Part shown: positions 53,422 to 63,820 of the stretch, one piece after another
Layout of the letters: every line of letters starts with the position of its first letter
How positions within the stretch are numbered: the first letter of the stretch is position 1
Source: an uncultured Gemmatimonadales bacterium
GTDB taxonomy: Bacteria > Gemmatimonadota > Gemmatimonadetes > Longimicrobiales > Gaopeijiaceae
Length of the DNA stretch: 64,000 nt
Assembly (NCBI GenBank): GCA_963809895.1
Contig: CAWELD010000003.1
Location: 3,424,001-3,488,000 of the forward strand
Direction of reading: 5' to 3'
Program-made: the position numbers and the translations under genes
Notes under the pieces: generated by a model
The model's input: the letters and a program-made list of their open reading frames with translations, nothing else
Told to the model about the DNA's origin: nothing
Database searches by the model: none

Positions 53422-54594
53422 TTACCTGAGGCTGGACAAGTAGGCCGCGACGGCATGGATCTGATCGTCGCTCAGGCCCGTCGCGGGCCAGTACTGGGGC
53501 TGGGGCGAGTCCCGGTCCACCCCGGGCATGAGCACGCCGGGCTTGACGAGCTGCGGGGCCCGGATCCATCGCTCCAGGTTCTCCGGAGTGTTCTCCAGCC
53601 AACCCGCGGCGATGGTGGACCGACGGCCCAGGAGCGTCAGGTTCGGCGCGAGGTTGCCCTGCGCGTTGGTGCCCCGGATGGAGTGGCAGGCGATGCAGGT
53701 CGAGGAGTGGAAGACCTCCCGGCCCTGATCGATCAACGCCTGCTGCGGGTCGGCGGGCGCGGCCGGGGCCGCGTCGTCCTGGTCCATGCCCTCGACGTCC
53801 GCCGACTCCTGGCCCTCATCCGAGGCGGACGCCTGCATGGCCTGCATGGTAGTCACCGTGTCGGCGCCCACCGCCAGCCAGTCATTGGTCCACGCCTGAA
53901 AATCCTGGGGACTCTCCACGATGACCCGGACGCCCATGAGCGAGTGCGAATCGCCACAGAACTCGGCGCACTGCCCCATGAAGGTGCCGGTCTCGTTGGC
54001 GGTGAAGTGGATCCAGTTGTACTTGGGATCCACGCCCTCCCTGGTGGCGACCAGGGGATTCGCGTCACGCTTGCCGCCGAGCTGAGGCACCCAGAACGAG
54101 TGGATGACGTCGGCGGAGTGCAGGCGCAGGCTGATGGGCTGCCCCACCGGAAGGTGGAGCTCGTTGGCGGTCACCACGCCGGAGTCCGGGTAGCGGAACT
54201 CCCACCAGAACTGATGACCGATGACGTCCACGATCATGGCATCGGGGGACTCGGTCTGCTGCGTGCGGAAGACCGCCTGGATCGTGGGGATCGCGATGGC
54301 CACCACGATGAGGGCGGGCACGATGGTCCAGCCGATCTCCAGCCCCAGATGCCCGTGCACCTGCTTGGGTCGGGGCGAGTCCGGCTTCTCCCGGAACCGC
54401 ACCAGGATGTAGGCCAGGACGATCCAGACCACCGCCAGGATGAGCATCGTCCACCAGAAGACGCTCACGTACAGGCCGTGGATGATCTCGGCGAAGTCCG
54501 TCGTCGGGCGCAGGGAGGACTGTGGGTAGTCCGTCGCACACGCCGACAACAACGACAGGGCGAGCGCGCCCCCGATGGATCTGGCTGACTTCAT
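53422..54594 (-). CDS. coxB: cytochrome c oxidase subunit II with fused cytochrome c (caa3 type)
   Basis: Lipobox LSAC; 'DVIHSFWVP'; CuA 'CAEFCGDSHSLM'; heme c 'CIACH...KPGVLMP'. Confidence 0.96.
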   Translation of the reverse strand: MKSARSIGGALALSLLSACATDYPQSSLRPTTDFAEIIHGLYVSVFWWTMLILAVVWIVLAYILVRFREKPDSPRPKQVHGHLGLEIGWTIVPALIVVAIAIPTIQAVFRTQQTESPDAMIVDVIGHQFWWEFRYPDSGVVTANELHLPVGQPISLRLHSADVIHSFWVPQLGGKRDANPLVATREGVDPKYNWIHFTANETGTFMGQCAEFCGDSHSLMGVRVIVESPQDFQAWTNDWLAVGADTVTTMQAMQASASDEGQESADVEGMDQDDAAPAAPADPQQALIDQGREVFHSSTCIACHSIRGTNAQGNLAPNLTLLGRRSTIAAGWLENTPENLERWIRAPQLVKPGVLMPGVDRDSPQPQYWPATGLSDDQIHAVAAYLSSLR

Positions 54595-54620
54595 GGCAGG
54601 AGGGTCAGGAGGGGTCTGGT

Positions 54621-54902
54621 CTACGATTCGGCCGTTTCGTCCGCACCCGACATCCCGTCCAACTCGATGGCCTCGTCGACCAACATGATGGGGATGTCGT
54701 CGCGAACAGGGTAGAGGAGCTTGCCGTCCTCCCGCACCAGGGCCTCCTCGAGAGGCTGCTCCACGACGTCACCGGCACGCGTCCTGAGACGGCCGGCGGT
54801 CACCGCCTCGTTGACACGCGCCAGAAGGGCGTCGTCGGCGAGGTGGACCACCTGCTTGGTTTCGGGACAGACCAGGATGTCCAGGAGTTCCGAGTCGACC
54901 AT
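54621..54902 (-). CDS. Trm112 family protein
   Basis: 'ELLDILVCPETK...YPVRDDIPIMLVDEA'; GGAGG upstream. Confidence 0.9.
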   Translation of the reverse strand: MVDSELLDILVCPETKQVVHLADDALLARVNEAVTAGRLRTRAGDVVEQPLEEALVREDGKLLYPVRDDIPIMLVDEAIELDGMSGADETAES

Positions 54903-55076
54903 GGAGTGGGCCTTCCTCCGTCGGCTCACGTTGCCTCCCAGGCCCCGGCGCACGCGGCCGGGCTGGGACTCAGGCTATGAAGCTGATTAAACTAGCAAGA
55001 TGATCCCGGGTTGGCGAGGGACCTGGCGTACCACCCGCAAACCCACGGAAATGGCGCTCGCACGCGCGGATGGACC

Positions 55077-55628
55077 ATGCAATCGACCGCAAAGAACACG
55101 CACCCGACCGCTCTCGCACGTTCCCTCACGACGGCTGCCCTCGTAGCCCTGGCCGCGGCGTGCGGATCCCAGGGCGCCGAGGGCTCGCCGGCCCGGGGCG
55201 GCCCCGACGGCCAGGCACGGGAATCGGGCACCGCCCCGAATGGTCCCGCCAGTCCCGTCCCGACCCAGGGCCGTGCCTGGGTCGTGTTCGGCGCCGATAC
55301 GGTCCAGGCCGAGGTGGCCCGCACGGCCGAGGAGCGCGAGCAGGGCCTCATGTACCGCGACGAGCTCCCCGACGGCACCGGCATGCTCTTCGTGTTTCCC
55401 GAGGCCAGCGTGAGATCGTTCTGGATGCAGAACACCTACGTGGCGCTGGACATCGCCTACATGGACGCCGCTTTCACGGTCATCGACATCCAACAGATGG
55501 AGCCGCTGACCACCGATGCGCACGAAAGCGCGGGTCCGGCCATGTACGCCCTCGAGGTGCCCGAGGGGTGGCTCGCCGCCCACGGCGTCGAGGTGGGCGA
55601 TCAGGCCGAGGTGGTGTTCGGGGGATAG
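55077..55628 (+). CDS. DUF192 domain lipoprotein
   Basis: 'AEVARTAEEREQGLMYR..GMLFVF..FWMQNTYVALDIAY..ALEVPEG'. Confidence 0.9.
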   Translation: MQSTAKNTHPTALARSLTTAALVALAAACGSQGAEGSPARGGPDGQARESGTAPNGPASPVPTQGRAWVVFGADTVQAEVARTAEEREQGLMYRDELPDGTGMLFVFPEASVRSFWMQNTYVALDIAYMDAAFTVIDIQQMEPLTTDAHESAGPAMYALEVPEGWLAAHGVEVGDQAEVVFGG

Positions 55629-55653
55629 CGGGCCGTCGCCTTCCCGGGCGCGC

Positions 55654-56817
55654 TCAGCCGGCGGCGTGCTCCAGCACCTCGGCCAGGGCCTCCACGTCCG
55701 CCGCTTCGTTGTACACGTGGGGGCTCACCCTGAGCGACGCGCCTCGCAGCGACGCGAACACCCCACGCGCCTTCAAGCGCGCCGCGAGATCCGCCAGGTC
55801 GATGCCCGGGGGCATGCGTAGACCGAACATGTGGGGGCTCCGCCAGGCGTCCATCTCCATCTGGAAGCCCGCGGCCTCCGCCCGCTCCAGGAGCGGCGCC
55901 GTCAGATCGCGCACGTAGGCCGTGATGCCTTCAGGCGTCCAGCGGTTCACGAGCTCCAGCGCCGCCAGCACGCCGGGCAGGAGGGTGAAGTTGGAGCGCT
56001 CGCCCACGTCGTAGCGCACCGCCGCGGGCTGGTACTCGTCCACGTAGTCCACCAGCCCCTGGAAGTCCTCGCTGCCGGCTCGGCCGATCCAGGTCTCCTC
56101 CAGCGGAACGCCGTCGTCGAAGCGCTCACCCAGCCAGGTCAGCGCCACCGAATAGGGTCCCAGGAGCCACTTGTAGCCCGCCACGGTGAGCGCGTCGGGT
56201 CGTACGCGCTGCACGTCGAAGGGCACGGCGCCCACCGACTGCGTGCCGTCCACCACCAGCGCCGCTCCCACGGCCCGGCAGCGCTCGGATACGGCCTCGA
56301 GATCGAAGCGCGTGCCGTCGGTCCAGTGCACGGTGGGCACGGCGACCACGGCCACATCGTCGCTGACCGCGTCCAGGAGGGCCTCGTTCCAGGCCGCACC
56401 CGGCCGGGCCGAGTTCGGGCGGGAGACCGTGCGCACTTCCCCGCCCTCCTCGGCGGCTCTGCGCCGCCACGCGTACACGTTGCCCGGAAACTGCTCCCCC
56501 ACGACCAGCACCGCCTGGCCCCGGTCCAACGGCAGGTTGCGGGCCGCGGTGGCCACGCCGTACGAGGCGGACGGGTGGATGGCGACCCGCATGGGATCGG
56601 CGGCGCCGACCAGCCGGGCGAAGGCCCGGCGCACCGCATCGGACTCGGTGAAGAAGTCGTCGGCGTGCAGGTCGATGGGAAGACGTTTGCGGCGGATTCC
56701 GGCGACGATGGCGTCCTCCACGGCCCGCGGAAGCGGAGCCATGTAGGCGCAGTTCAGGTAGTGGACGTCGTCGGGGACGCGGAAGGCGTCACGCTGGCAG
56801 GCGAGGGGCTCGTTCAT
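55654..56817 (-). CDS. class V PLP-dependent aminotransferase / cysteine desulfurase-like enzyme
   Basis: 'YLNCAYMAP', 'VVDGTQSVGA', PLP lysine in 'AGYKWLLGP', 'LRVSPHVYN'. Confidence 0.9.
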   Translation of the reverse strand: MNEPLACQRDAFRVPDDVHYLNCAYMAPLPRAVEDAIVAGIRRKRLPIDLHADDFFTESDAVRRAFARLVGAADPMRVAIHPSASYGVATAARNLPLDRGQAVLVVGEQFPGNVYAWRRRAAEEGGEVRTVSRPNSARPGAAWNEALLDAVSDDVAVVAVPTVHWTDGTRFDLEAVSERCRAVGAALVVDGTQSVGAVPFDVQRVRPDALTVAGYKWLLGPYSVALTWLGERFDDGVPLEETWIGRAGSEDFQGLVDYVDEYQPAAVRYDVGERSNFTLLPGVLAALELVNRWTPEGITAYVRDLTAPLLERAEAAGFQMEMDAWRSPHMFGLRMPPGIDLADLAARLKARGVFASLRGASLRVSPHVYNEAADVEALAEVLEHAAG

Positions 56818-56902
56818 GCCCCGATGTTCGGCACCCGCCGCCCGAGGGTCAACGCCGGGCGGGCGGCGCGGACACGCGCGCCGACGGCGAGCGAGGGCTT
56901 AG

Positions 56903-57203
56903 CAGGTCGCTGAAGAAGAGGAGCACCCCGCGTTGGGAGCGCCACGGCCCCTCATCCTAGGCGAAGTGACGAAGGCATAGCCAAAGCTACGTCGAGGCGC
57001 TTCAACGACGGAGGAGGGGCCGTGCCGCCCCAACCCACTGCCGTCCAAGTTCATAGGCCGCATATGGATGGGCGCATGGCGGTTCCGCGGTTGATCCATC
57101 GTCTCTCCTCCTCGCCGTAGCGCTGCTACGACTCGTCGTCGCTCCTTGCCTGAACGCGCGAAAGCGCCATGCGCGCGGGGTACTCCCCTTCTTCAGCGAC
57201 CTG
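56903..57203. mobile_element. MITE-like non-autonomous element (301 bp)
   Basis: 30-bp TIRs CAGGTCGCTGAAGAAG(A/G)GGAG(C/T)ACCCCGCG (28/30) at 56903-56932 and 57174-57203, flanked by TTAG direct repeats (56899-56902, 57204-57207); no transposase. Confidence 0.8.
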
Positions 57204-59960
57204 TTAGAGGCCCAGCCAGTAGTTGACCTTGATCATGAAGACGTTGTCGGCCGGCTGGTCCCAGAGCGCGGCCAGATCGCGGCCCACGTCGAAGTCTCCC
57301 ACGTAGGCCGTGCCGCGCTGGCGGCGCTGCCACACCAGGAAGATGGTCGAGCCCGGCCGGTACTCCCAGCGCAACACGGCGTTGCCCACCAGCGAGCGCA
57401 CGTTGAAGTCCCGGTCGCTGAAGGCGTAGTCGGTGACGCCGTCACCGTCGAGGTCCACGTGCTGCAGATCGGCCTGATCCTCGCGCGGCTCGGTGCAGAG
57501 CGTGCCGCCGGTGCAGGTGACGGCGTCGCCCATGGTGCCCAGCACGCCGGGCGTGAAGTCGACGAAGTCGTACGTACCCGCGGAGGACAGCTGCCGGTAG
57601 CGCACGTAGTCCCCGCTGGACAGGAGAGGCTGCGCGAACAACTGGAAGGTGAGCGTGGGCGAGAAGCTCATGTTCACCCGCGTCTCCATGGAGATGCTGG
57701 TGCGCTCCAGTTCGGCGAAGAGGTAACGTCGACCGAAGGTGGGCTCGAACGGAAGCGTCTCCGTGGAGGACACGTACTGGGCGCCGTCGGTCTGGGTGGA
57801 CCACTTGGGCTGCACCTGGATCTCCAGCCGCGGCGACGGGCGGAACTCGACCTGGCCCCCCACGCTGAAGTCGCGGCCCGAGCCCTGGAAGCCGGAGCGC
57901 AGGCTCACGTTGCCGCCCAGGGTCACCGACTTCCGGCGGTCCGAATTGAAGCGCAGGTTCCAGCGCACCGAGCCCGGATCCATCATCACCGGGCCACCCC
58001 GGGTCGCGCCGCGGCTGTAGGTGTCGGGACTCAGGGACACGTCGGCGTTGAGCCCCCAGTAGTTGATCAGCTCCGTGCGCGTGTTGAGGCTGACCCAACC
58101 CGAGGTGCGCGCCTTCCGCCACGAGTCCAGCGACCAGGCGTCGTCCAGCGCCTCGTGGCTCCAGTTCTGGAAGGCCGTGAGGTTGAGGCTGTAGTTCCGG
58201 AAGAGATCGCCGGGCGTGATCTCCCGGTAGCCGACCCGGAATCCCCCGTCCAGCCTCTCCGACGAGGTGGAATACCCCATGTCGTTGATCTCGAACCCCG
58301 GCGTCACCTCACCCAGCCAGACGCCGCCCGTCCAGTGCCGGCCGTTCTGCTTGTCCAGCTGCAGCCGCCACTCGGCGCCGGTGAGCGAGGTCGCCGTGGA
58401 GTCCACGCCCAGGCGCGTGGCGTCGGGTCGCTGGAAGTAGTGGTTGCTGGAACGCTGGATGCGAACGATGGCGGTGGAGTCGCCTCGGACGTGGCTCCCG
58501 GCGAAGAACCCGTGCAGGGACCAGGTGCGGTCGGACCACTGGTGCTCGAAGCTCACGCCGGCGCTGAACGCCGACGAGGTCAGGTAGTCGAAGCCTCCGT
58601 CCGCGGTCAGGTCGCGCCGCATGCCGGTGACGATGCCCCCGATCTGCGAGGCACCGCCGTTGAAGTCCTGCTGGACCCGCACCACGCCGTACTCGGCCTG
58701 CGGCTCCACCACGAAGTCCTCCAGGGCCTCACCGGGACCGAAGTAGGCCCGTCCCTTCTCCTGCTGGGTCACGGCGGTGAGCGCGCCGATGGAGAGTCCC
58801 CCCGAGGTGCGCCCGGTGACCTTGGCGGCACCGAGGATGGTGGCGGCGTCCGGAGCCTCGTCGAAGATGGAACCCGAGGGCGCCCCACCGTGGGGCGCCC
58901 GACCGACACGGCGCGAGTAGAAGAGCTTGTTGCGCATCCCGGACAGGGTGAAGTCCAGGATCTGCGCGTCCTCCACGAAGAACGGGCGACGCTCGTCCAG
59001 AAAGGTCTCCACGTCCGACAGATTGATGACCGCCGGATCCGACTCCACCTGCCCGAAGTCCGGGTTCAGGGTGGCATCGAGGGTGAACGCCGAGCCCAGG
59101 CCGAACCGCAGGTCGACACCGGCCCTGGCCGCGCCCGCCGAGCCGTCGAAGAAGGGATCTCCGTCCTCGGCGGGGCCCCGGTGCAGGCTGCTCAGCATGT
59201 AGGGCCGGGCCTCGATGCGTCTCGAGGCACCCCGAATGCGCACCCCGTTGAGCCGACCGAACTGGCTGACGCGGCCCTCCTGCAGACGCGACTTGAGGGC
59301 GAAGTAGGTGAGCTCGTTGGAGGCCACGCGGCGCCGCACGAAGTTGACGCCCCAGCTCTGGATGGAGTCGCCGGCCTCGTAGCGGATCTGCGACAGGGGG
59401 ATGCGGATCTCCGCCGTCCACCCCTCGTCGTCACGGGCCACGGCCGACTCCCATACGGCGTCCCACGCCTCGTCGGAGCGGCTGTCGTTGTACACGTACT
59501 CGTCGCGCTGCACGTTGGCCGCGCTCACCCGGAACAGATAGGCGGTGCGCTGATCCCGGTTCGGGTCGAGCTGCACCGAGAACCAGTCGTACTGGCCGTC
59601 TTCGTCGCGGCGCACCAACCGGTCGTTGATGTCGGCGGGATCCGAATCCAGCATGCGCGCACCCACGTAGAGGGCGTCGTCGCCGATCAGCACGCGCACC
59701 TCGGTGTCGTTCTCGGCGGGCTCTCCCTCCACCGGATCGCTCTGGATGAAGCCCTGGGCCACGGGGGCGCTGGCCCAGGCGCCGTCGTCGAGACGGCCGT
59801 CCACGTGGATGGCACCGTCCAGGGTGCCGGCCGTGAGGACGGGACGCGTCAGGAGGCCGGACGCGGAGCCGGAACCGCCGGCCGAGGCGTCCTGGGCGGC
59901 GGCCGGTGCCGTCGCCAGGGCGCTCAGGAGCGCCGCGAGGGCGAAATGACGTGCGTGCAT
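57204..59960 (-). CDS. DUF5916 domain protein (CBM9-like N-terminus + outer-membrane barrel)
   Basis: 'VDGRLDDGAW', 'WTAEIRIPLSQIRY', 'ATLNPDFGQVESDP..INL..ERRPFF', 'LFYSRRVG', 'VLRWEYRPGSTIFLVW', C-terminal 'KVNYWL'. Confidence 0.88.
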   Translation of the reverse strand: MHARHFALAALLSALATAPAAAQDASAGGSGSASGLLTRPVLTAGTLDGAIHVDGRLDDGAWASAPVAQGFIQSDPVEGEPAENDTEVRVLIGDDALYVGARMLDSDPADINDRLVRRDEDGQYDWFSVQLDPNRDQRTAYLFRVSAANVQRDEYVYNDSRSDEAWDAVWESAVARDDEGWTAEIRIPLSQIRYEAGDSIQSWGVNFVRRRVASNELTYFALKSRLQEGRVSQFGRLNGVRIRGASRRIEARPYMLSSLHRGPAEDGDPFFDGSAGAARAGVDLRFGLGSAFTLDATLNPDFGQVESDPAVINLSDVETFLDERRPFFVEDAQILDFTLSGMRNKLFYSRRVGRAPHGGAPSGSIFDEAPDAATILGAAKVTGRTSGGLSIGALTAVTQQEKGRAYFGPGEALEDFVVEPQAEYGVVRVQQDFNGGASQIGGIVTGMRRDLTADGGFDYLTSSAFSAGVSFEHQWSDRTWSLHGFFAGSHVRGDSTAIVRIQRSSNHYFQRPDATRLGVDSTATSLTGAEWRLQLDKQNGRHWTGGVWLGEVTPGFEINDMGYSTSSERLDGGFRVGYREITPGDLFRNYSLNLTAFQNWSHEALDDAWSLDSWRKARTSGWVSLNTRTELINYWGLNADVSLSPDTYSRGATRGGPVMMDPGSVRWNLRFNSDRRKSVTLGGNVSLRSGFQGSGRDFSVGGQVEFRPSPRLEIQVQPKWSTQTDGAQYVSSTETLPFEPTFGRRYLFAELERTSISMETRVNMSFSPTLTFQLFAQPLLSSGDYVRYRQLSSAGTYDFVDFTPGVLGTMGDAVTCTGGTLCTEPREDQADLQHVDLDGDGVTDYAFSDRDFNVRSLVGNAVLRWEYRPGSTIFLVWQRRQRGTAYVGDFDVGRDLAALWDQPADNVFMIKVNYWLGL

Positions 59961-59971
59961 GTTCCCTATGG

Positions 59972-60910
59972 TCAGCGCGGCCGGCGCGCCTCCGTCACCC
60001 TGTGCAGGGGGATGGGAGCGTCGTCCAGGGCCGCCAGATCGATCTGTTTGGCCATGTCGTGCGTTTGCTCCAGGGAGACACGCTCCGGACCCAGAATGTT
60101 CAGAAGATCGGCCACGACATCGTCTGCGAGATCGGCGCGTCCGACGATCCAGTTCATCATGGAGGCGGTGGGGACGGGCTCCGAAACCCCCGGATACACC
60201 CCTCCGGGAATGCTCCCCGCAGCGTAGTACGGGTACAGTTCGCGGAGTCGGGTGACGCCCTCGGCGTCCAGCGGCAGAAGCGCGATGCCGTCCACCGTGA
60301 GCGCCTCCAGCACCGCCGCCGCGGGGTAGCCCACCGACAGCACCGCGGCGTCCAGCGCCCCGTCCCTAAGCGCTGCCGCCGACTCCGAGAAGGACAGGAA
60401 GCGCTCGTCCAGGTCGTCGTAGCCGAGCCCGTACGCCTCCAGGAGCTGACGGGACACCTGCTCGGTGCCCGAGCCCGCCGATCCCACCGACACGCGCTTG
60501 CCCCTGAAGTCCGCCACGCCGCGGATGCCCGCGGCGGTGCGCACCAGGACGTGGGTGACGTTGGGATAGAGCGGCGCCAGGATGCGCAGGTTCTCGAAGG
60601 GCGTCTCGAAATCCCCCTCGCCCCGATACGCCTCGTAGACCGTCACCGCCAGGGCGAAGCCCAGGTCGAGCTGGCCCGCGCGTAGCCGATTGACGTTCTC
60701 CACCGAGCCGCCGGTGACCTCCGCCGTGACCCGGCGACCCGGCGCCGCCAGCGACAACCGGTTCGCCAGCGCACCGCCCAGCGGATAGTAGATCCCCCCG
60801 GTGCCACCGGTGCCGATGCTGAGAAAGGTGGCGGAGCCCTCACCACCTGCGCAGGCGGCGACGAGCAGCGCCGCGCCCACGAGCGCAGGACGTCGTCGGA
60901 AACCGGTCAT
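59972..60910 (-). CDS. TAXI family TRAP transporter solute-binding lipoprotein
   Basis: 'SIGTGGTGGIYYPLG', 'TGGSVEN', 'GKRVSVGSAGSGT', 'PIPLH'. Confidence 0.93.
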   Translation of the reverse strand: MTGFRRRPALVGAALLVAACAGGEGSATFLSIGTGGTGGIYYPLGGALANRLSLAAPGRRVTAEVTGGSVENVNRLRAGQLDLGFALAVTVYEAYRGEGDFETPFENLRILAPLYPNVTHVLVRTAAGIRGVADFRGKRVSVGSAGSGTEQVSRQLLEAYGLGYDDLDERFLSFSESAAALRDGALDAAVLSVGYPAAAVLEALTVDGIALLPLDAEGVTRLRELYPYYAAGSIPGGVYPGVSEPVPTASMMNWIVGRADLADDVVADLLNILGPERVSLEQTHDMAKQIDLAALDDAPIPLHRVTEARRPR

Positions 60911-60917
60911 GGCTGGA

Positions 60918-62813
60918 TCAGGCTGCCGGGTGGGGAGTCGCGGGGTGGCGGCGCCACACGAAGACGGCGCCCAGCACCAGGAACCCGATACCGTCGGTGA
61001 GGATCCCCGGACGGATGAGCGTGACCGCGGCAGCGGCCAGCGCCAGGCGCACCGGCAGCGGGAGCGGGCCCCGGAGCCATCCCACGGCTGCGGCGGCCAA
61101 CGCCGTCACTCCCGCGAGAGCCGTCACCACCGCCAGGGCGATCTGCCAGACGGTGCCGTCCAGGAGCAGGGGCGGTCCGTACACGAACAGGAAGGGCACC
61201 AGGAATCCCGCGCCGGCCAGCGCCATGGCGGTGGTCGCCGTCTTGAGGGGCGGGGCTCCGGCCAGGCCCGCCGCCGCGTAGGCCGCCAGCGACACCGGCG
61301 GCGTCACGTTGGAAATGCAGCCGAAGTAGAAGATGAAGAGGTGGGCGCCGAGCATGGGCACCCCCAACTCCACCAGCGCCGGCGCGCCCAGCGCAGCCAA
61401 CACCACGTAGGCGGCCGTCGTCGGAAGCCCCATGCCCAGAACGATGGAGCCCAGCGCGGTGAGCACCAGGGCGGGTAGAAGGTGACCGCCCGACAGGAGG
61501 ACGATCAGCTCCGACATGCGCAGACCGATGCCGGTGAGCGAGGCCACTCCCACGACGATGCCCGCGGCGGCGCAGGCAGCGGCCACCTGGACCGTGCCAC
61601 CCGCGGCGCTCACCAGGGCTCTGCGCAGCTCGGTGGCGCCGGGGCGGGACACCCGCCGGGCGAAGCCCATCGCCAACGCCGACGTCACGCCCCAGAAGGC
61701 GGCTCTCATGGGAGAGCGACCCACGGCCAGCAGCCAGACGATGACCGCCAGCGGAAGGAGCAGGTGCAACCGGGACAGGACCGGCTCGTCGTTCCGGCCC
61801 GCCCCGGGCTCGATGCCCATGCGTCCGGCGCGGAAGTGGATGGCCATGATGAGCGCGGCGTAGTACAGCACGGCGGGAATGATCGCCGCCAACGCCACCC
61901 GCGCGTACGGGATGCCCGTCCAGGTGGCCAGGATGAAGGCGCCGGCGCCCATGACCGGGGGCATGAGCTGGCCACCGGTGCTGGCGGCCGCCTCGATGGC
62001 CGCCGCGAAAAAGGGCTTGAAGCCCGCGCGGCGCATGAGGGGAATCGTGAAGGTGCCCGTGGTGACGACGTTCGCCACCGCGCTCCCGGACAACGAGCCC
62101 ATGAGGGCGCTGGCCACCGCCGCCGTCTTCGCCGGGCCGCCCCGCGTGCGCCCTGCGAGACGGTCCGCCAGGGCGATGAGGAGCGCCCCACCGCCGGCCA
62201 CGTCCAGCAGAGCGCCGAACAGGATGAAGAGGTAGACGAAGTCGGCGCTCACCCCCAGGGGCACGCCCCAGATCCCTTCGGCGGACAGATAGAGGTGCTC
62301 CACGAGCCGCCGTGCGCCGTAGCCGCGGTGGGCCAGCAGTCCGGGCAGCCACGGCCCCACCACCGCGTAGGTCAGCGCCAGCAGCGCGATGGTGACCAGG
62401 CCCCAGCCGGTGGTGCGCCGCGCCAGCTCCAGCACCACCACCAGGGCCACGCCGCCCAGGATCAGGTCGGCGGGGGTGGGCGAACCGCTCCGCCGCACGA
62501 GCTGCGTGTGCACCTGGACCAGATAGAGACACGACGCCACGGCCCCCACCAGCAGAAGCGCCCGCATGGCGAAATCCGCGCGCCGACGGGCCGCGCCCCC
62601 CCGCTCGTCACTGGCCCGGGTTCCCACCCCCAGAAAAGCCAACGACGCCATGAAGGCCAGGTGGACCGGGCGCTGCACCAGAGCCGTGAACGGGGCGACC
62701 CCGGCGCTCCACATGTGAAAGACCGCAGCGCCGGCCGCCAGGACGAAGACGGCGACCCGGCGGAGCCTCTCCGACGGTGAGGCGGGACTCGAGGGCGCGT
62801 GGGCGGGGACCAT
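60918..62813 (-). CDS. TRAP transporter fused 4TM/12TM permease
   Basis: 'GGPAKTA', 'SGSAVANVVTTGTFTIPLM', 'EAAASTGGQLMPPVMGA', 'LGMGLPTTAAY', 'TPPVSLAAY'. Confidence 0.95.
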   Translation of the reverse strand: MVPAHAPSSPASPSERLRRVAVFVLAAGAAVFHMWSAGVAPFTALVQRPVHLAFMASLAFLGVGTRASDERGGAARRRADFAMRALLLVGAVASCLYLVQVHTQLVRRSGSPTPADLILGGVALVVVLELARRTTGWGLVTIALLALTYAVVGPWLPGLLAHRGYGARRLVEHLYLSAEGIWGVPLGVSADFVYLFILFGALLDVAGGGALLIALADRLAGRTRGGPAKTAAVASALMGSLSGSAVANVVTTGTFTIPLMRRAGFKPFFAAAIEAAASTGGQLMPPVMGAGAFILATWTGIPYARVALAAIIPAVLYYAALIMAIHFRAGRMGIEPGAGRNDEPVLSRLHLLLPLAVIVWLLAVGRSPMRAAFWGVTSALAMGFARRVSRPGATELRRALVSAAGGTVQVAAACAAAGIVVGVASLTGIGLRMSELIVLLSGGHLLPALVLTALGSIVLGMGLPTTAAYVVLAALGAPALVELGVPMLGAHLFIFYFGCISNVTPPVSLAAYAAAGLAGAPPLKTATTAMALAGAGFLVPFLFVYGPPLLLDGTVWQIALAVVTALAGVTALAAAAVGWLRGPLPLPVRLALAAAAVTLIRPGILTDGIGFLVLGAVFVWRRHPATPHPAA

Positions 62814-62866
62814 GACCGTCCCAGCCTAGGTGGGCGGCCCCGGCCCCGCCAGGCGGTCCCGCCGGC

Positions 62867-63565
62867 TCAGACGGGCCGCGGTATCAGGGCGAAGAGGGCC
62901 GTGACCGCCAACAGGAAGACGACGAGGATCGAGACCGCCGATCCCGCGCTACGGCGGGTGTCGATGCGCGAGACGAGAATCCCCAGGGCCACGTAGGACC
63001 AGACCATGAAGAGGTCCAGGGTCTTGAGGAAGCGATCCAGGTACCCACCCCCCAGGTCGCCGGCGAAGGTGCCGATGCTGAGGGTGAGCTGGGGATTGGA
63101 CTGAGCGATCTTCAGCGGCACGGTGAGGAGCCCGCCCACGGCCGCGATCATGAAGGCGTGGCTGACGGCGGACAGATACTGCCGGTAGCGGCCGTCGTCA
63201 CCCAGGATGAAGGCGAAGATCAGCGTCGTCACGCCGGAGACCAGGAACGCCCACACCGCCCAGAAGATCACACCGCCCACGGCCGAGGACACCCGGAACA
63301 GCGTGCCGCTGAAGGCCATGGCGCCTTCGGGCATCTCGCGACCCTGCGCCAGGAACTGGGCGCGCATCATCTCGTTCCAGACCTCGGCGGGAATCAGGAG
63401 CGTGCCCGCCACCACCAGCACGCCACCCAGCGCCATGGCCGTGAACCAGACCGGCCGGGCCGCCAGCGCGTCGCCCAGGTTTCCAGGAGAAACGAAGACG
63501 TCGATGAAGCGCTTCCACAGCGGCGGCAGCGCTACGGCGGGCGTGGTTTCCTCGAACTCGTCCAC
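62867..63565 (-). CDS. Yip1 family membrane protein
   Basis: 'RFIDVFVSPG', about 5 TM helices, 'LDLFMVW'; GGAGG RBS before GTG. Confidence 0.75.
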   Translation of the reverse strand: MDEFEETTPAVALPPLWKRFIDVFVSPGNLGDALAARPVWFTAMALGGVLVVAGTLLIPAEVWNEMMRAQFLAQGREMPEGAMAFSGTLFRVSSAVGGVIFWAVWAFLVSGVTTLIFAFILGDDGRYRQYLSAVSHAFMIAAVGGLLTVPLKIAQSNPQLTLSIGTFAGDLGGGYLDRFLKTLDLFMVWSYVALGILVSRIDTRRSAGSAVSILVVFLLAVTALFALIPRPV

Positions 63566-63820
63566 GGTTTCCTCCGGTTTGTGGGCGATCAGACAGTCGG
63601 TGCGCTCCTGCGCACGGCACGCCCGGGAGGGCTCGAGCGCACGCGGTCATTCAGCGGGCCGGCGACCGTGCTCCAGGATACGTGCGTTGCGCGCACGAGC
63701 TTCATCGCGCGGACCGTGACCGGTGCCACGGAGCCTCCCGACCGGCCCTTTGCGCGGACCGGGAGCCGCCTGGATATTGGCACGTTCGTGTTCCCGAGGG
63801 CGCCTGGCAACGGAGATCCG

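Noticed and set aside
50559..54594. caa3 oxidase operon as a novelty
   Set aside because: Ordinary A1-type oxidase with a cytochrome c fused to subunit II.
56899..57099. 66-aa ORF with strong RBS ending in GCSSSSATC (RiPP-precursor-like)
   Set aside because: It lies within the MITE. The Ser/Cys tail is the translated TIR, codon usage is atypical and no modifying enzymes are nearby.
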